From contig JBDOQK010000024.1 of assembly GCA_040437565.1 (NCBI GenBank), positions 248,001 to 312,000 of the forward strand: 64,000 nucleotides of DNA. The letters run 5' to 3'. Position 1 is the stretch's first letter. Every line of letters begins with the position of its first letter. Positions 35,115 through 45,952 of the stretch are shown here, piece by piece. A program made the translations under genes and the position numbers. This DNA comes from Albugo candida (taxonomy: Eukaryota). The notes beneath the pieces are model-generated. The model searched no databases, had not been told where the DNA came from, and saw nothing but the letters and a program-made list of their open reading frames with translations.

Positions 35115-38100
35115 ATGGCGGAAATGGAGTCGCAAGTGAGAGAACTGTTTACCGCTCTTTTAATGAGTGGCCAGACCAAAAAAGAAGCAAAAGACATTTT
35201 TTCACAAATACAAGAGCTCGTCCTCAATCGGGATACTTCAGGACTCTTACTTCAGAGCTGTCTGATGCATTTGAAGTCGCTATATCATCTCCAAAATGCC
35301 TCCTTACTTGCAGCAATCATACAGTTTATCAGTGTCATCTCCGCAAAAGATCAACGGTTTTTGAAAGAGCTTTTTGACATCGTGACCATCACTCTTATTT
35401 CGAGCCATTCGACCGAAAAAAATATATTGAAGGCCGTAACACATGCACAATCAAATTTGAATCGAGCCATGCTGTACGTATACGAAGGCCCGAAACAAGA
35501 AGCATTGTTCAGGAAAGAGCTATGGAATAGTATCGCTGCAAACGTGGAGCAAACATCCTCAATGATACGCAATTATGCATGGGGACAGCATGCAAATAGT
35601 TTGCTGAGCGTTAATGTGTACCTCCGAGTTTGGAAATACCTGGAACAAGTTGCGCTGGTGCTGAGTGAGGCTAAAGAATACACCGTGTATCGAGATTTAG
35701 CTCGATCCAACATCCAGCCGGATGTGGTCACGCTCGATAAATTGGACAAGGATAAAAGTATGGTGGAGCTGGAGACAATTAAACAAGCTGGATATTGCAC
35801 GCTTTTGTCGCTTTGTTTCCCGCTGGCTACAGAAAAAGTGACGAATGGCTGGATGGTGACGTGGAGTGAGAAAAGAAATCATTCTGCGTGGGCAATGGCC
35901 AAGAGAGACCTGTGTATCATGATCAATTCATTGTCCTTATTGGCTGGACTACGACCTTACTGGATGTCTTCTATCGTACCTGTGCTATTAGCGTTGTTCC
36001 ATGAAGATCGTCCCAAGTTTGCAGCGCTGAACGATGCCGTTAGTGAAACTCTCGCTTCCAATCTCATCAAGCTGTTGAGCATTCCAGATGCTCAGCCAGT
36101 TCAAGATGAGATCACAGAATGTCTGATTGCACTGCGAGCGTCAGGACGAGCGTTTCGAGCGATCAGTAAGAGCAAAGAACCAAGGAGAAAATACGTATCG
36201 GCTCCCTCTGAAGCTTCTTTGCGGAAAGCAAGACTTGGAAAGCGAACAGCAGCAGACGCATTATCAGAAAGAAGACGAAAAGAAAGACTTGATGGACAAG
36301 ATTCCAGCGGCCACAAGCGTTCTCGAACTGCATCAATCCACACACCCGCGAGCTTGACGCATGATGGTCTTGTTAATGTTCCGGCTGCCAATGTAGTCGA
36401 GTTTGTCCTCGACAATTACACAGTGGATCTTCCAATTCCACCACCCGCGAAACTGAAACTCCAGTTGTTCTCTAGTGAACTGAAGAATCGAGCGCTTGCT
36501 TTGCTGCAGGAAATGGCTACTCCATCATCAGTGCTCGCTATGAAAGCAGCATCTGATAGAATGCGAGCTTTAGGCTCCAACACTGCAAACGATTGCGCCG
36601 TTGTGAGTATCTTCGATGAAGTTACATCGGACGATACTGCGTCCTGGATATCGAAGAACGCATCCACAATTGCCGAGCCCCTTGTGGATCTTGCTGAAGA
36701 TAACACAGTGCAAGTGTACCTAAAAGCAGTCTCCCCAACCTGGTGTCACGAAATGGCTCTGGGAGCTTTCAGTCGAATTCTGGAAAACGTCACAGGCGTC
36801 GAAATGTCTGGAGGAAAGCAAGCAAGGCACATACTTTTATGCCGTTTAGCCACAATTCTTTCAGGTTCACCAAAGGAGAACGATACCGGAGACAGTGACA
36901 ATCAACTGGCGTTATATTACAAAATACTCGATTGTGTGCTCGAAGATTATTCTTCGCGTTTTCAACTGGCCGGAATGCTGCTCGTCCAAGTATACTCACA
37001 GCTGGTTATGGAAGAAAATAGCGAAGACGCATCGCTAAAGCTGCAGATTTATCGCTCGTGCGTCCGGCATTTTTTCAGCGCGTTGGCAAGCAAATATTTG
37101 AAAGAAGCAGAACAGACAGCAACTCTGACAACGACAGCAAGTGCTCGAAAGATCTTCACTCTGATGGTCAACAATCTCCCGGTCGTGTGCACTGAATTGG
37201 TCGAGGTCCTCGTGAGCCTGTGTCAGTCAAAACACGGCATTGTCCTCGGCATCACTCTTCTTCGAGACCTTTTGAAAGAACGGAAATCGTGTTTTGGGTC
37301 TTTGCTTCAGATTCTCTTGTCTTTAGCTTGTAACGATGACAAAGTATGCCGAAACACTGCCATTCGATGCATTGTGAATCAGTTATGTGGCATCCTTCCC
37401 GCTCAGAATCCGATCGAAAAGTTTTCTATCAAACTGGTCAAGTCGCTCGGTCGAGACTCCAGTACAGAAGGTAATGATCCCGATCAAGGAGAAGGCGTGG
37501 AATGTATGGAGGTGGATGGAGAGAATTCCTCGATAGTCGGCTCGGCAATTCGCAAAGAAATGCAGCTGGCTGAACAACTCCAAAGTCGGAATCAAGAGAT
37601 GCTGTTTGCTTACGTCGAAAATCTTCACCACCAAACGCTAAATCTCACTCCAGCTCCTACACGAGAAGACGATATTGTACGAAGACTTGAATTGCATTTG
37701 GCGTTGTGTGCAAAGAAGCCTCAACTTTTGTCACATATCATCAAAGCGTATTCATCGGCATCCGAATCAGCTCATCTGGTGATGTTTCACATCATCGAAA
37801 AGCTGATCAAACATCTAAAGCAGAGGGGAAGCGAANNNNNNNNNNNNNNNNNNNNNNNNNNNNNNNNNNNNNNNNNNNNNNNNNNNNNNNNNNNNNNNNN
37901 NNNNNNNNNNNNNNNNNNNNNNNNNNNNNNNNNNNCTAGTGAACTGAAGAATCGAGCGCTTGCTTTGCTGCAGGAAATGGCTACTCCATCATCAGTGCTC
38001 GCTATGAAAGCAGCATCTGATAGAATGCGAGCTTTAGGCTCCAACACTGCAAACGATTGCGCCGTTGTGAGTATCTTCGATGAAGTTACATCGGACGATA

Positions 38101-40148
38101 CTGCGTCCTGGATATCGAAGAACGCATCCACAATTGCCGAGCCCCTTGTGGATCTTGCTGAAGATAACACAGTGCAAGTGTACCTAAAAGCAGTCTCCCC
38201 AACCTGGTGTCACGAAATGGCTCTGGGAGCTTTCAGTCGAATTCTGGAAAACGTCACAGGCGTCGAAATGTCTGGAGGAAAGCAAGCAAGGCACATACTT
38301 TTATGCCGTTTAGCCACAATTCTTTCAGGTTCACCAAAGGAGAACGATACCGGAGACAGTGACAATCAACTGGCGTTATATTACAAAATACTCGATTGTG
38401 TGCTCGAAGATTATTCTTCGCGTTTTCAACTGGCCGGAATGCTGCTCGTCCAAGTATACTCACAGCTGGTTATGGAAGAAAATAGCGAAGACGCATCGCT
38501 AAAGCTGCAGATTTATCGCTCGTGCGTCCGGCATTTTTTCAGCGCGTTGGCAAGCAAATATTTGAAAGAAGCAGAACAGACAGCAACTCTGACAACGACA
38601 GCAAGTGCTCGAAAGATCTTCACTCTGATGGTCAACAATCTCCCGGTCGTGTGCACTGAATTGGTCGAGGTCCTCGTGAGCCTGTGTCAGTCAAAACACG
38701 GCATTGTCCTCGGCATCACTCTTCTTCGAGACCTTTTGAAAGAACGGAAATCGTGTTTTGGGTCTTTGCTTCAGATTCTCTTGTCTTTAGCTTGTAACGA
38801 TGACAAAGTATGCCGAAACACTGCCATTCGATGCATTGTGAATCAGTTATGTGGCATCCTTCCCGCTCAGAATCCGATCGAAAAGTTTTCTATCAAACTG
38901 GTCAAGTCGCTCGGTCGAGACTCCAGTACAGAAGGTAATGATCCCGATCAAGGAGAAGGCGTGGAATGTATGGAGGTGGATGGAGAGAATTCCTCGATAG
39001 TCGGCTCGGCAATTCGCAAAGAAATGCAGCTGGCTGAACAACTCCAAAGTCGGAATCAAGAGATGCTGTTTGCTTACGTCGAAAATCTTCACCACCAAAC
39101 GCTAAATCTCACTCCAGCTCCTACACGAGAAGACGATATTGTACGAAGACTTGAATTGCATTTGGCGTTGTGTGCAAAGAAGCCTCAACTTTTGTCACAT
39201 ATCATCAAAGCGTATTCATCGGCATCCGAATCAGCTCATCTGGTGATGTTTCACATCATCGAAAAGCTGATCAAACATCTAAAGCAGAGGGGAAGCGAAG
39301 GCGATGTGATCGCGTATTTGAAGGGCTTTGACCATGCAGCTGTCACATTTATTTGTCATATCATTCAGATACTTTGTCATCGATCCAAACCGACCGATGA
39401 TCTCGTTCTCAAGATTCTGAAGCTGTATCAAGAGCACACGCATGTTACCGACGCGATATCGATCCTTATTCCGATTCTACCAGTGATTAAGCCTGAGTTG
39501 CTGCTTCCCTTACTTCCAGATATATTGCGGCTACCAGCACCGCGATTGTCAGTTGCATTCACTCGGCTTCTGGAAGTTTTGCCGCCCTATGTGACATCAC
39601 CACATATGATTCTCCTCGCCCTTCACAAGATCGAGGACAGCACGATGCAGGAAAAAGCGACTCCAGCAATCAAATTGTGCTTGGAGCAACACAAGCACGC
39701 ATTTCCACCAGAGGTTCTCGGCGCCTTGTTCCAAGAACTTGTTGAATTGGACCCGATACCAAAGCTGACTTTGTATACAATCAATATTGGCATTTCAGCA
39801 TTTCCAATAATGAAAGATCGAGTGGCAAGACTTTTGTCTACTTTGGCGGAGCGACGATGCTGGGAAATGGACGAAATGATTTGGCGTGAGTTTGTCAAGT
39901 GTTCCGTGATGACCCAACCGGCATCTCTACCGATGTTATTGGAAAAAATACCTGTGCCGCAGTTGGAAGAGATCATCGCGTTCGACCCGTCGATGCGAAA
40001 TCTCTTGTACAGAACCGCAATCGAGCCAATTAAAGAGGAAGGTGATACAAACAAGCCAACTGATGTGATCGTGCGGTCAGATGTGATGGAATATCTAAAA
40101 AATATGGGATTCCAAGAAGACACCACAGACCCGACCATGAAGGAGTAG
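35115..40148 (+). CDS. SYMPK: Symplekin (3'-end processing scaffold); true length about 1190 aa once the artefactual repeat is removed
   Basis: Helical-repeat protein with IVRRLELHLALCAKKPQLL and a Symplekin_C-like end, IPKLTLYTI...LLSTLAERRCWEMDEMIWREFVKCSVMTQPASLPMLLEKIPVPQL. Confidence 0.85.
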   Translation: MAEMESQVRELFTALLMSGQTKKEAKDIFSQIQELVLNRDTSGLLLQSCLMHLKSLYHLQNASLLAAIIQFISVISAKDQRFLKELFDIVTITLISSHSTEKNILKAVTHAQSNLNRAMLYVYEGPKQEALFRKELWNSIAANVEQTSSMIRNYAWGQHANSLLSVNVYLRVWKYLEQVALVLSEAKEYTVYRDLARSNIQPDVVTLDKLDKDKSMVELETIKQAGYCTLLSLCFPLATEKVTNGWMVTWSEKRNHSAWAMAKRDLCIMINSLSLLAGLRPYWMSSIVPVLLALFHEDRPKFAALNDAVSETLASNLIKLLSIPDAQPVQDEITECLIALRASGRAFRAISKSKEPRRKYVSAPSEASLRKARLGKRTAADALSERRRKERLDGQDSSGHKRSRTASIHTPASLTHDGLVNVPAANVVEFVLDNYTVDLPIPPPAKLKLQLFSSELKNRALALLQEMATPSSVLAMKAASDRMRALGSNTANDCAVVSIFDEVTSDDTASWISKNASTIAEPLVDLAEDNTVQVYLKAVSPTWCHEMALGAFSRILENVTGVEMSGGKQARHILLCRLATILSGSPKENDTGDSDNQLALYYKILDCVLEDYSSRFQLAGMLLVQVYSQLVMEENSEDASLKLQIYRSCVRHFFSALASKYLKEAEQTATLTTTASARKIFTLMVNNLPVVCTELVEVLVSLCQSKHGIVLGITLLRDLLKERKSCFGSLLQILLSLACNDDKVCRNTAIRCIVNQLCGILPAQNPIEKFSIKLVKSLGRDSSTEGNDPDQGEGVECMEVDGENSSIVGSAIRKEMQLAEQLQSRNQEMLFAYVENLHHQTLNLTPAPTREDDIVRRLELHLALCAKKPQLLSHIIKAYSSASESAHLVMFHIIEKLIKHLKQRGSEXXXXXXXXXXXXXXXXXXXXXXXXXXXXXXXXXXSELKNRALALLQEMATPSSVLAMKAASDRMRALGSNTANDCAVVSIFDEVTSDDTASWISKNASTIAEPLVDLAEDNTVQVYLKAVSPTWCHEMALGAFSRILENVTGVEMSGGKQARHILLCRLATILSGSPKENDTGDSDNQLALYYKILDCVLEDYSSRFQLAGMLLVQVYSQLVMEENSEDASLKLQIYRSCVRHFFSALASKYLKEAEQTATLTTTASARKIFTLMVNNLPVVCTELVEVLVSLCQSKHGIVLGITLLRDLLKERKSCFGSLLQILLSLACNDDKVCRNTAIRCIVNQLCGILPAQNPIEKFSIKLVKSLGRDSSTEGNDPDQGEGVECMEVDGENSSIVGSAIRKEMQLAEQLQSRNQEMLFAYVENLHHQTLNLTPAPTREDDIVRRLELHLALCAKKPQLLSHIIKAYSSASESAHLVMFHIIEKLIKHLKQRGSEGDVIAYLKGFDHAAVTFICHIIQILCHRSKPTDDLVLKILKLYQEHTHVTDAISILIPILPVIKPELLLPLLPDILRLPAPRLSVAFTRLLEVLPPYVTSPHMILLALHKIEDSTMQEKATPAIKLCLEQHKHAFPPEVLGALFQELVELDPIPKLTLYTINIGISAFPIMKDRVARLLSTLAERRCWEMDEMIWREFVKCSVMTQPASLPMLLEKIPVPQLEEIIAFDPSMRNLLYRTAIEPIKEEGDTNKPTDVIVRSDVMEYLKNMGFQEDTTDPTMKE
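36472..39299. repeat. 1364-bp direct repeat around 100-N gap (37836-37935), probable assembly overlap
   Basis: 36472-37835 is repeated from 37936. The offset of 1464 is a multiple of 3, which explains why the ORF track reads through. Confidence 0.9.
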
Positions 40149-40365
40149 AAGCCAGCACCAAGCACAGCCGATAGCAATCAAGTATCTCGAGCCTCATGCG
40201 AATAAAAAGAATCGGAGTATTTTGGAGGAAAGCTGAGGCGATTACTTACTTCTCGCTATTAGATGGAATTCTGAGCCTCTGCAAAGAGAAGACGATATTT
40301 TAGAGCTTTTGGGATGCTCAGGCACCCCGCAAAGATGATACATTGCACGCCATTGAATTTCGTTC

Positions 40366-41708
40366 ATGACGTCTATTGTTCCAAACTGTGAGCGAAAATT
40401 GTTGTTAATTGAGCACTGAGCCAAATATTACATTTTCGTGATTTAAATGTAGTCAAAGAACTGCACAATTTCTCCCTCGCATGCGATAAATTGTGGCAAC
40501 TCGATCAGTATCGGTCCGAAGTATTTGCTTTGCGTATGCCTCACAGTGTTGAGTTTGTTTCTGGAAGGCAGTCTTACCCCCGGAAAAGATTATAAGTTGG
40601 ATTTGCATCGAAATGGAAGATGTGACGTAGAGGGACCAAAGAGGACGCTGTTTGCATTTGTGGACCCCAAAGTCTTTGAGCGGCCGCTAGTGAAGCATTT
40701 TATCGCACTGCTGGACAATTATGAGCGTCGGGTACGTTCGAATTCGGCTTTAGACAGAAATTACACCGTATTTTCAGACTGGCGAGCGTGAGATGCTGAC
40801 GAATAATGAGATTTATGAAAATAATCAATTTCTGAATGAGCTGCTCAAGACCAAAGTGATGCGTTACGTGTACAGGTGTGTGTGCGAGTTTTATGAGAGA
40901 CGTCCTCATGTGCTTATAAACAGCTGGCTGGTTGAGAGGAAGAAAATTCGAGGCGGGGAGAACGTCTTCAAGAAGGAAGTAGAAGCGATCTGGTAAATCC
41001 TGGATGGGAATTACGTCCACGGAATTCTTTGACTTTACTCAAAGGTTTGATTTTTATCGGCGAGAGGCGCAGAACGATTCGTCCGGCTTTGAACATGTTT
41101 TCGTGGGGGAAGAGCGGAACGCAAGTGTTGATTGTTTGACTTATTTTTCGCTGATAGCGGCTGTAGGGTCAAGTGATCGGTCTTCATAACTGGATTCAAA
41201 TGTATCTGGAAGAGAGAGCAGGGCATTTCCAATACGAAGGCTTTGTTCGACCTAATCAGGTCAGTTTGAGCGCTGATAGTAGGCAAGATCAGTGTGTAAT
41301 GAGATTCATTAGCGGGGATTGAGTGCCATGAAACCTCAAGAATATGAACAACTGCTTACAATTCGATTTCATTGGCATCACGTGACCAAATACGCCTCCA
41401 CAAGGTACGATACATTTGCTTGCATGTGGCAATATCTCTGACACGGGGGCGATAGTCTCATAGGCGTGAGTCCAGAATTTGAAGTAGCTCTTTACACACT
41501 TTGCTTTTTGAATGGAAACGAAGACAACATCGTACAGCTCGGCCCATACAACTGCAGAATCAAGTGCTTTACAAAGAAAACCGGCAACCGAGTGAGGATT
41601 GGAGCTGCCTACCCGGAGACCTGTCCGCTGACAAAGGATCAAGCGGCTACCCGAATTCAGTCCTCTTTTCGAGGATTCCACGTGAAAAAACAGTATACCC
41701 GCAACTAG
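40366..41708 (+). CDS. ENDOU: Poly(U)-specific endoribonuclease (EndoU/XendoU family) with C-terminal IQ motif, multi-exon
   Basis: Spliced reading ACDKLWQLDQYRLTPGKDY; FIALLDNYER; DSSGFEHVFVGEERN; VIGLHNWIQMYLEER; WHHVTK; GVSPEFEVALYTLCFL. Both catalytic His and the Lys are present. Tail reads AATRIQSSFRGFHVKK. Confidence 0.88.
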
Positions 41709-41885
41709 ACCGCTCCAGGACATGACCATCCTTGTATTCAGCAAATGATTTTTCGCAGTAGTGAGCTATTTAGTGTGATAAATAGACTTACGTTTTGCCA
41801 GGCTATCATCGAATAACGCGACGTATTGAAGCGTCTGTCAGAGAAGCCGCTCCATATTTTGCAACTTTCGAGTTTGGAAAAAATA

Positions 41886-43752
41886 ATGGAAGCGAAAAGC
41901 AGTAGCTACCATTCTGAGGTTGATTCGAAAAGGGCTTACAAAGTCTCATCTTCGGATGATGAGATTGTGGTAGATGGCGACGCTGATGAGCCAGGGGCGC
42001 CAACAAGCAAAGTTGTAGCACTACGTCACGGCTATAATCAAACGTATATAATTCGGTCGAGCAATACGAACATGCACGAAGTCCTTTTCCGATGTGGAAA
42101 TTGGTGTTATAGTGGTAATGTGGACCTCGGCAGTAATCATGTCGATCGAGCACACGTTCCTGTGGTGATTCCCGCATTGCAAAAACAACAAAGCTCACTA
42201 AAGTATTTGTGCGATTGGAAGTCTATGCCATCCAATTCATTTTATACTGTTCCTCTGGAGACTCTGTATGACGCCTTGGATTTCATTGGGGAAGAACTCG
42301 CAAGCATACGAATTGAAAAGAAGCTTATTCAGGCAGCAAAGGAATACTCCTGGATTGATAATGAAGAAGTATCCGCAGGATCGAGAAATTTCTTTGAATT
42401 ACAAACAGGAGGGTATGAATGTTTTGACGGGATCGATCTCATCGCTACAAAAACGTTCGTCCGAGGCCTCGTATTGATCGTAATTTATTCTTCGAGAAGC
42501 TATTACATTGTACTACAAGAAGGTGAAGGCGAGCAACCTCTCCTGGATATTCGATTCCCAGATCTATCAGCTCATTTACAAGGCGTTCATCTGCAAACGT
42601 ATCGTGAGGACGACTGCACCAACATGAAGAAGCTAACACTTTGGCAAGCTGGAAAGAATCAAGGGAATAGATCGGTACCAAAATCTGTACAATTCGTCTG
42701 CAAGGACGTCAGTGGCCAAGGCTATAACCAGACATTTCTAATCCGAAAACCATCATCTCAGTCCGGTGGACAATCAAACCTCCGTGAAGTTCTATTCCGC
42801 TTCGGAAGCTGGTGCTATAATGGCCACATCGATCTCGGTCCCAAATTACAACTCGCTGATATTCCTGTGATGATACCGCTGCTGAGACGACAACAAAATG
42901 CTCTGGTATGTTGATGTCAATGATAGCTGAGCTGAGTATTTATGTGCGAAATTTTGCTAGACGTTCATGTGCGAGGTTTCTAAAATGCCGGCCACTTCTT
43001 TATTCACCCCATCAATGGAGTATTTAGTAGCGACACTCGCTGCAATCAAAGAGGAGCTTTCCAAGGCTGAAGAATACATACAAAGCAGTTCGCAGTGCCA
43101 ACTCGCATCGGAATGGATAAACAGCGACGATTTTGATTGTTTCTTTGAGCTTGGTATGCAGAAATGTCCAGCGTTACAGGATATAGAAGCTGTTGCCAGT
43201 AAAGTTTATATGGGAGGGATCGTCTTGGTCGTTATCTATTTCGATTATAATGTGTATGTTTACATTGAAGACAACGACGAAGAACAAGCTTTGCTCGATA
43301 CACATTTTCCCGATATCACTTTTCAGAAAGAGGGAGTACAGCTGATGACATATCAAGATGGCGTTCCAGGTTGTCCTGATCTTCAGAGAATGACCTTGTG
43401 GAAAATCGTAATGGATCTCGTCGACTCGGATGCGAGTGATGAGGATACCAGTACAAACGTGTACCCGTTAGACACGAAGGAGACAATGAAGGCTGATAGC
43501 AAGTCGGTTCAAAGTCGAGCTGGAGATGATCTCGAAATCTGTGAAAAGCACAAACAGTGTGATGTACAGGATACGGTAAAGAGAGCAAAAGATGTCTTCC
43601 GACCAAGGACGATATCAAGACCACACCATATCGGGCCATTGAAAGATTCAAAAATTGCAGATTTATCAAGAAAACTGATGAATGAGTCGTCCAACGAGGT
43701 GGCTCCGTGGGATAAATCTGGGCGTCCATTGTCAATCAATGTGAAAAAGTGA
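41886..43752 (+). CDS. Hypothetical protein made of two tandem copies of an unrecognised ~210-aa domain
   Basis: Two long ORFs joined by an intron at 42906-42960 (GTATG...TAG). Internal repeat: GYNQT..EVLFR.G.WCY.G..DLG..FFEL..LLD..FPD..TLW occurs twice. Confidence 0.85.
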
Positions 43753-43846
43753 GGTATGAGGCTCAGTCTGCGTCTTCATGATCGTTAATGATTCTTGTAT
43801 TTTCGCAATCTTTGAACCTCTCCGTCAATTTCGATTAGGTGTAAGA

Positions 43847-44272
43847 TTACTTTTCATCATCCATTGTAACAAGAATTAGATTAAGTTCATCCCAAAGCCT
43901 CTTTCGATCTTCTCCTTGCACTGCCCCATGCAATAGCGCTGAGACCTCTTCATTTGTCTGCGCAAACCATAGTTTACACACATGTGAGTCATTTTCCGGA
44001 ATTTTCAATGCATGTTGGTCTTCGATCCATACTGGTGGTCCCTTTTCCAATAAACGTCGCAGTTCGGCCTTACAGTCGGATTTCTGAACAGCTTGGATGT
44101 ACTGTTCGAATTGTGTTTGCTGTAAATGCTGCACAACCGACGCGGAGAATAATGAGGGATGCCATAATCCGCTTGGATGTGTCTGATATTCGCAAAAATT
44201 ACCTTGTTCTACCGTAATTTCCTCCATAGTCGCCAAGCATTCCATTCCTTCATGTGGTAGTCCGTGCTTCAT
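43847..44272 (-). CDS. Conserved-looking hypothetical protein, 141 aa
   Basis: Intronless ATG-to-TAA ORF that fills the space between its neighbours. Natural globular composition (ECLATMEEI..EYQTHPSGLWHPS..KSDCKAELRRLLEKGPP). Confidence 0.8.
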   Translation of the reverse strand: MKHGLPHEGMECLATMEEITVEQGNFCEYQTHPSGLWHPSLFSASVVQHLQQTQFEQYIQAVQKSDCKAELRRLLEKGPPVWIEDQHALKIPENDSHVCKLWFAQTNEEVSALLHGAVQGEDRKRLWDELNLILVTMDDEK

Positions 44273-44364
44273 GGGAATTATAATCGTACTTTTGCAGTTG
44301 CGAACGGTAGTTGATTATACATCCGATACAATGTATATAGTATTTACATTGATAACTAAGTGGA

Positions 44365-44530
44365 TAATGGTTGACTATAAAGGTCAGATTCTTGCAGNNN
44401 NNNNNNNNNNNNNNNNNNNNNNNNNNNNNNNNNNNNNNNNNNNNNNNNNNNNNNNNNNNNNNNNNNNNNNNNNNNNNNNNNNNNNNNNNNNNNNNNNTAA
44501 TGGTTGACTATAAAGGTCAGATTCTTGCAG
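44365..44530. repeat. 33-bp direct repeat around 100-N gap (44398-44497), probable assembly overlap
   Basis: 44365-44397 is repeated from 44498. Confidence 0.88.
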
Positions 44531-44821
44531 AACGGTATGCTCAATTTTGTTTTGCAATAATTTGTGCGCCCGCATGGTTATACGGCTACTATCAGCAAGA
44601 CTTTATGTACCCCCTCTACGCTTGGGCTTTTGCAACTGTGTTAGCAACTCTGGTAAGCTATAAGCTTTGCGTATGTCATGATGTTTCAAGTGCATTCGGA
44701 TGAACAGAGCTCTACTTGTTAGGTCGCACTTCCAGACTGGGGAATCTATAATCGAAATCCAATTCGCTGGAGAGCAAGTCTTCTCGAAGAAATAAGCGAT
44801 AAAAATGGAAAGGAAGAATGA
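44500..44821 (+). CDS. SPCS1: Signal peptidase complex subunit 1 (SPC12)
   Basis: MVDYKGQILAE, two TM segments, an intron at 44653-44722, then VALPDWGIYNRNPIRW (the family's PxWPxY(R)NPxxW motif). The ATG is also present at 44367 in the pre-gap copy. Confidence 0.9.
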
Positions 44822-44888
44822 TTTAGGGGAAATAAGAATTCTGCTGGATCCCTTCGTGGGTTAAGAAATGAGACACTTCAGCCACAGT

Positions 44889-45835
44889 CTAGTTTGTTTC
44901 CTCCTCTTCATCGTCATTCTCGATCCCGTCCTCTTGCTCTTCTTCTTCATCGTCATCCTGTGCATCATCATCACCTGTGTTCTATCAAGGTGTGATTTCA
45001 ATAAGGAATCCATTAAAAAGATTAATTATGTGGGGCGACATACCACATCCAGGTAAAACTGCAAAGGATTCTTCCATAGTTCGTCCTTGATTACTTCAGC
45101 AATGTCAGCATCTTCTTCATCAGGATTGAACCACTTGAACACAACGTTATCAGCAAAGTGATAATCATAATGGAAGTATGTCATATGTACCTGGAACAGG
45201 GAGTTGTTTTCTTTAACTTCTTTGGCTTCCGCAGTCGACTTCCATTTGATACCGGATGATTTATTGATGGCTTCTTCGTCTTCTGAAAAAGATATTTTTC
45301 GCCACAAAACCTGATCGTGAAAGTATGGGTTGCTCTTGAAAGACTATACACTTGTGAGATGAGAATAACATCGTTCTATCAAGTATCTCAGATATGCCCA
45401 CCATTTCAATACGATAACCACCTTTATCATCAACGAATTGAATGTCTACATTATCTAAGGAATCTAGGATTTTTTCATCGGTTTCCTCGATGAGCTGGCG
45501 CAAAATTGGATGGTTACAAAACTATTCAAAGTAGAATATATCAATGTGGGCATCAGCGCAAGAGAAACAAGTGATCGTACCGTTTGCTTCCAAAAAAAGG
45601 GGATCTGATTGAGTAGTTTTGAACGCTTTTCGTAAAATGGACGACGTCGAATATTGTATTTGTTCTCGATAGCGAGCACCTCTTCAGCACAGTTTTCGTT
45701 CTCTAGTTCCAGTTCTTCTTCAATTCTTCCAGCTGCATCAATTGACTTTTGTAGTTCGGCAAGCTCCTTTTCCTCACTGCTATTTTCCACATTTGTAGAA
45801 ACTTTTTGTCGCTTTGGAGACGGCGGTCCACCCAT
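44889..45835 (-). CDS. Nucleosome assembly protein, SET/TAF-I/NRP type (multi-exon)
   Basis: LAIENKYNIRRRPFYEKRSKLLNQIPFFW; FKSNPYF; SSGIKWK; WFNP..IAEVIKDELWKNPLQFYL; acidic C-terminal exon ending in TAG at 44891-44889. Confidence 0.9.
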
Positions 45836-45890
45836 CTTATTTGCCTTATCTTCTCTTCCTGCCACCTGAGAATCGATGTGTTATCGATAT

Positions 45891-45932
45891 TTGGCCAATC
45901 ATAAAATTTACACTGTATATCCGGAGATTGGT
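45891..45932. promoter_or_regulatory. CCAAT elements upstream of NAP gene
   Basis: TTGGCCAATC and GATTGG lie 55-95 bp upstream of ATG 45835, inside a spacer of only about 120 bp. Confidence 0.35.
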
Positions 45933-45952
45933 CAAAAATAACGACGACACTC

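Noticed and set aside
36472-39299. Internal ~455-aa tandem duplication in symplekin
   Set aside because: The copies match and abut a 100-N gap. The frame is preserved only because the offset (1464) is divisible by 3.
39623-40177. Antisense ORFs such as this 184-aa one, and the many 60-140 aa overlapping ORFs
   Set aside because: Shadows of real genes on the opposite strand or in other frames, with no recognisable motifs.
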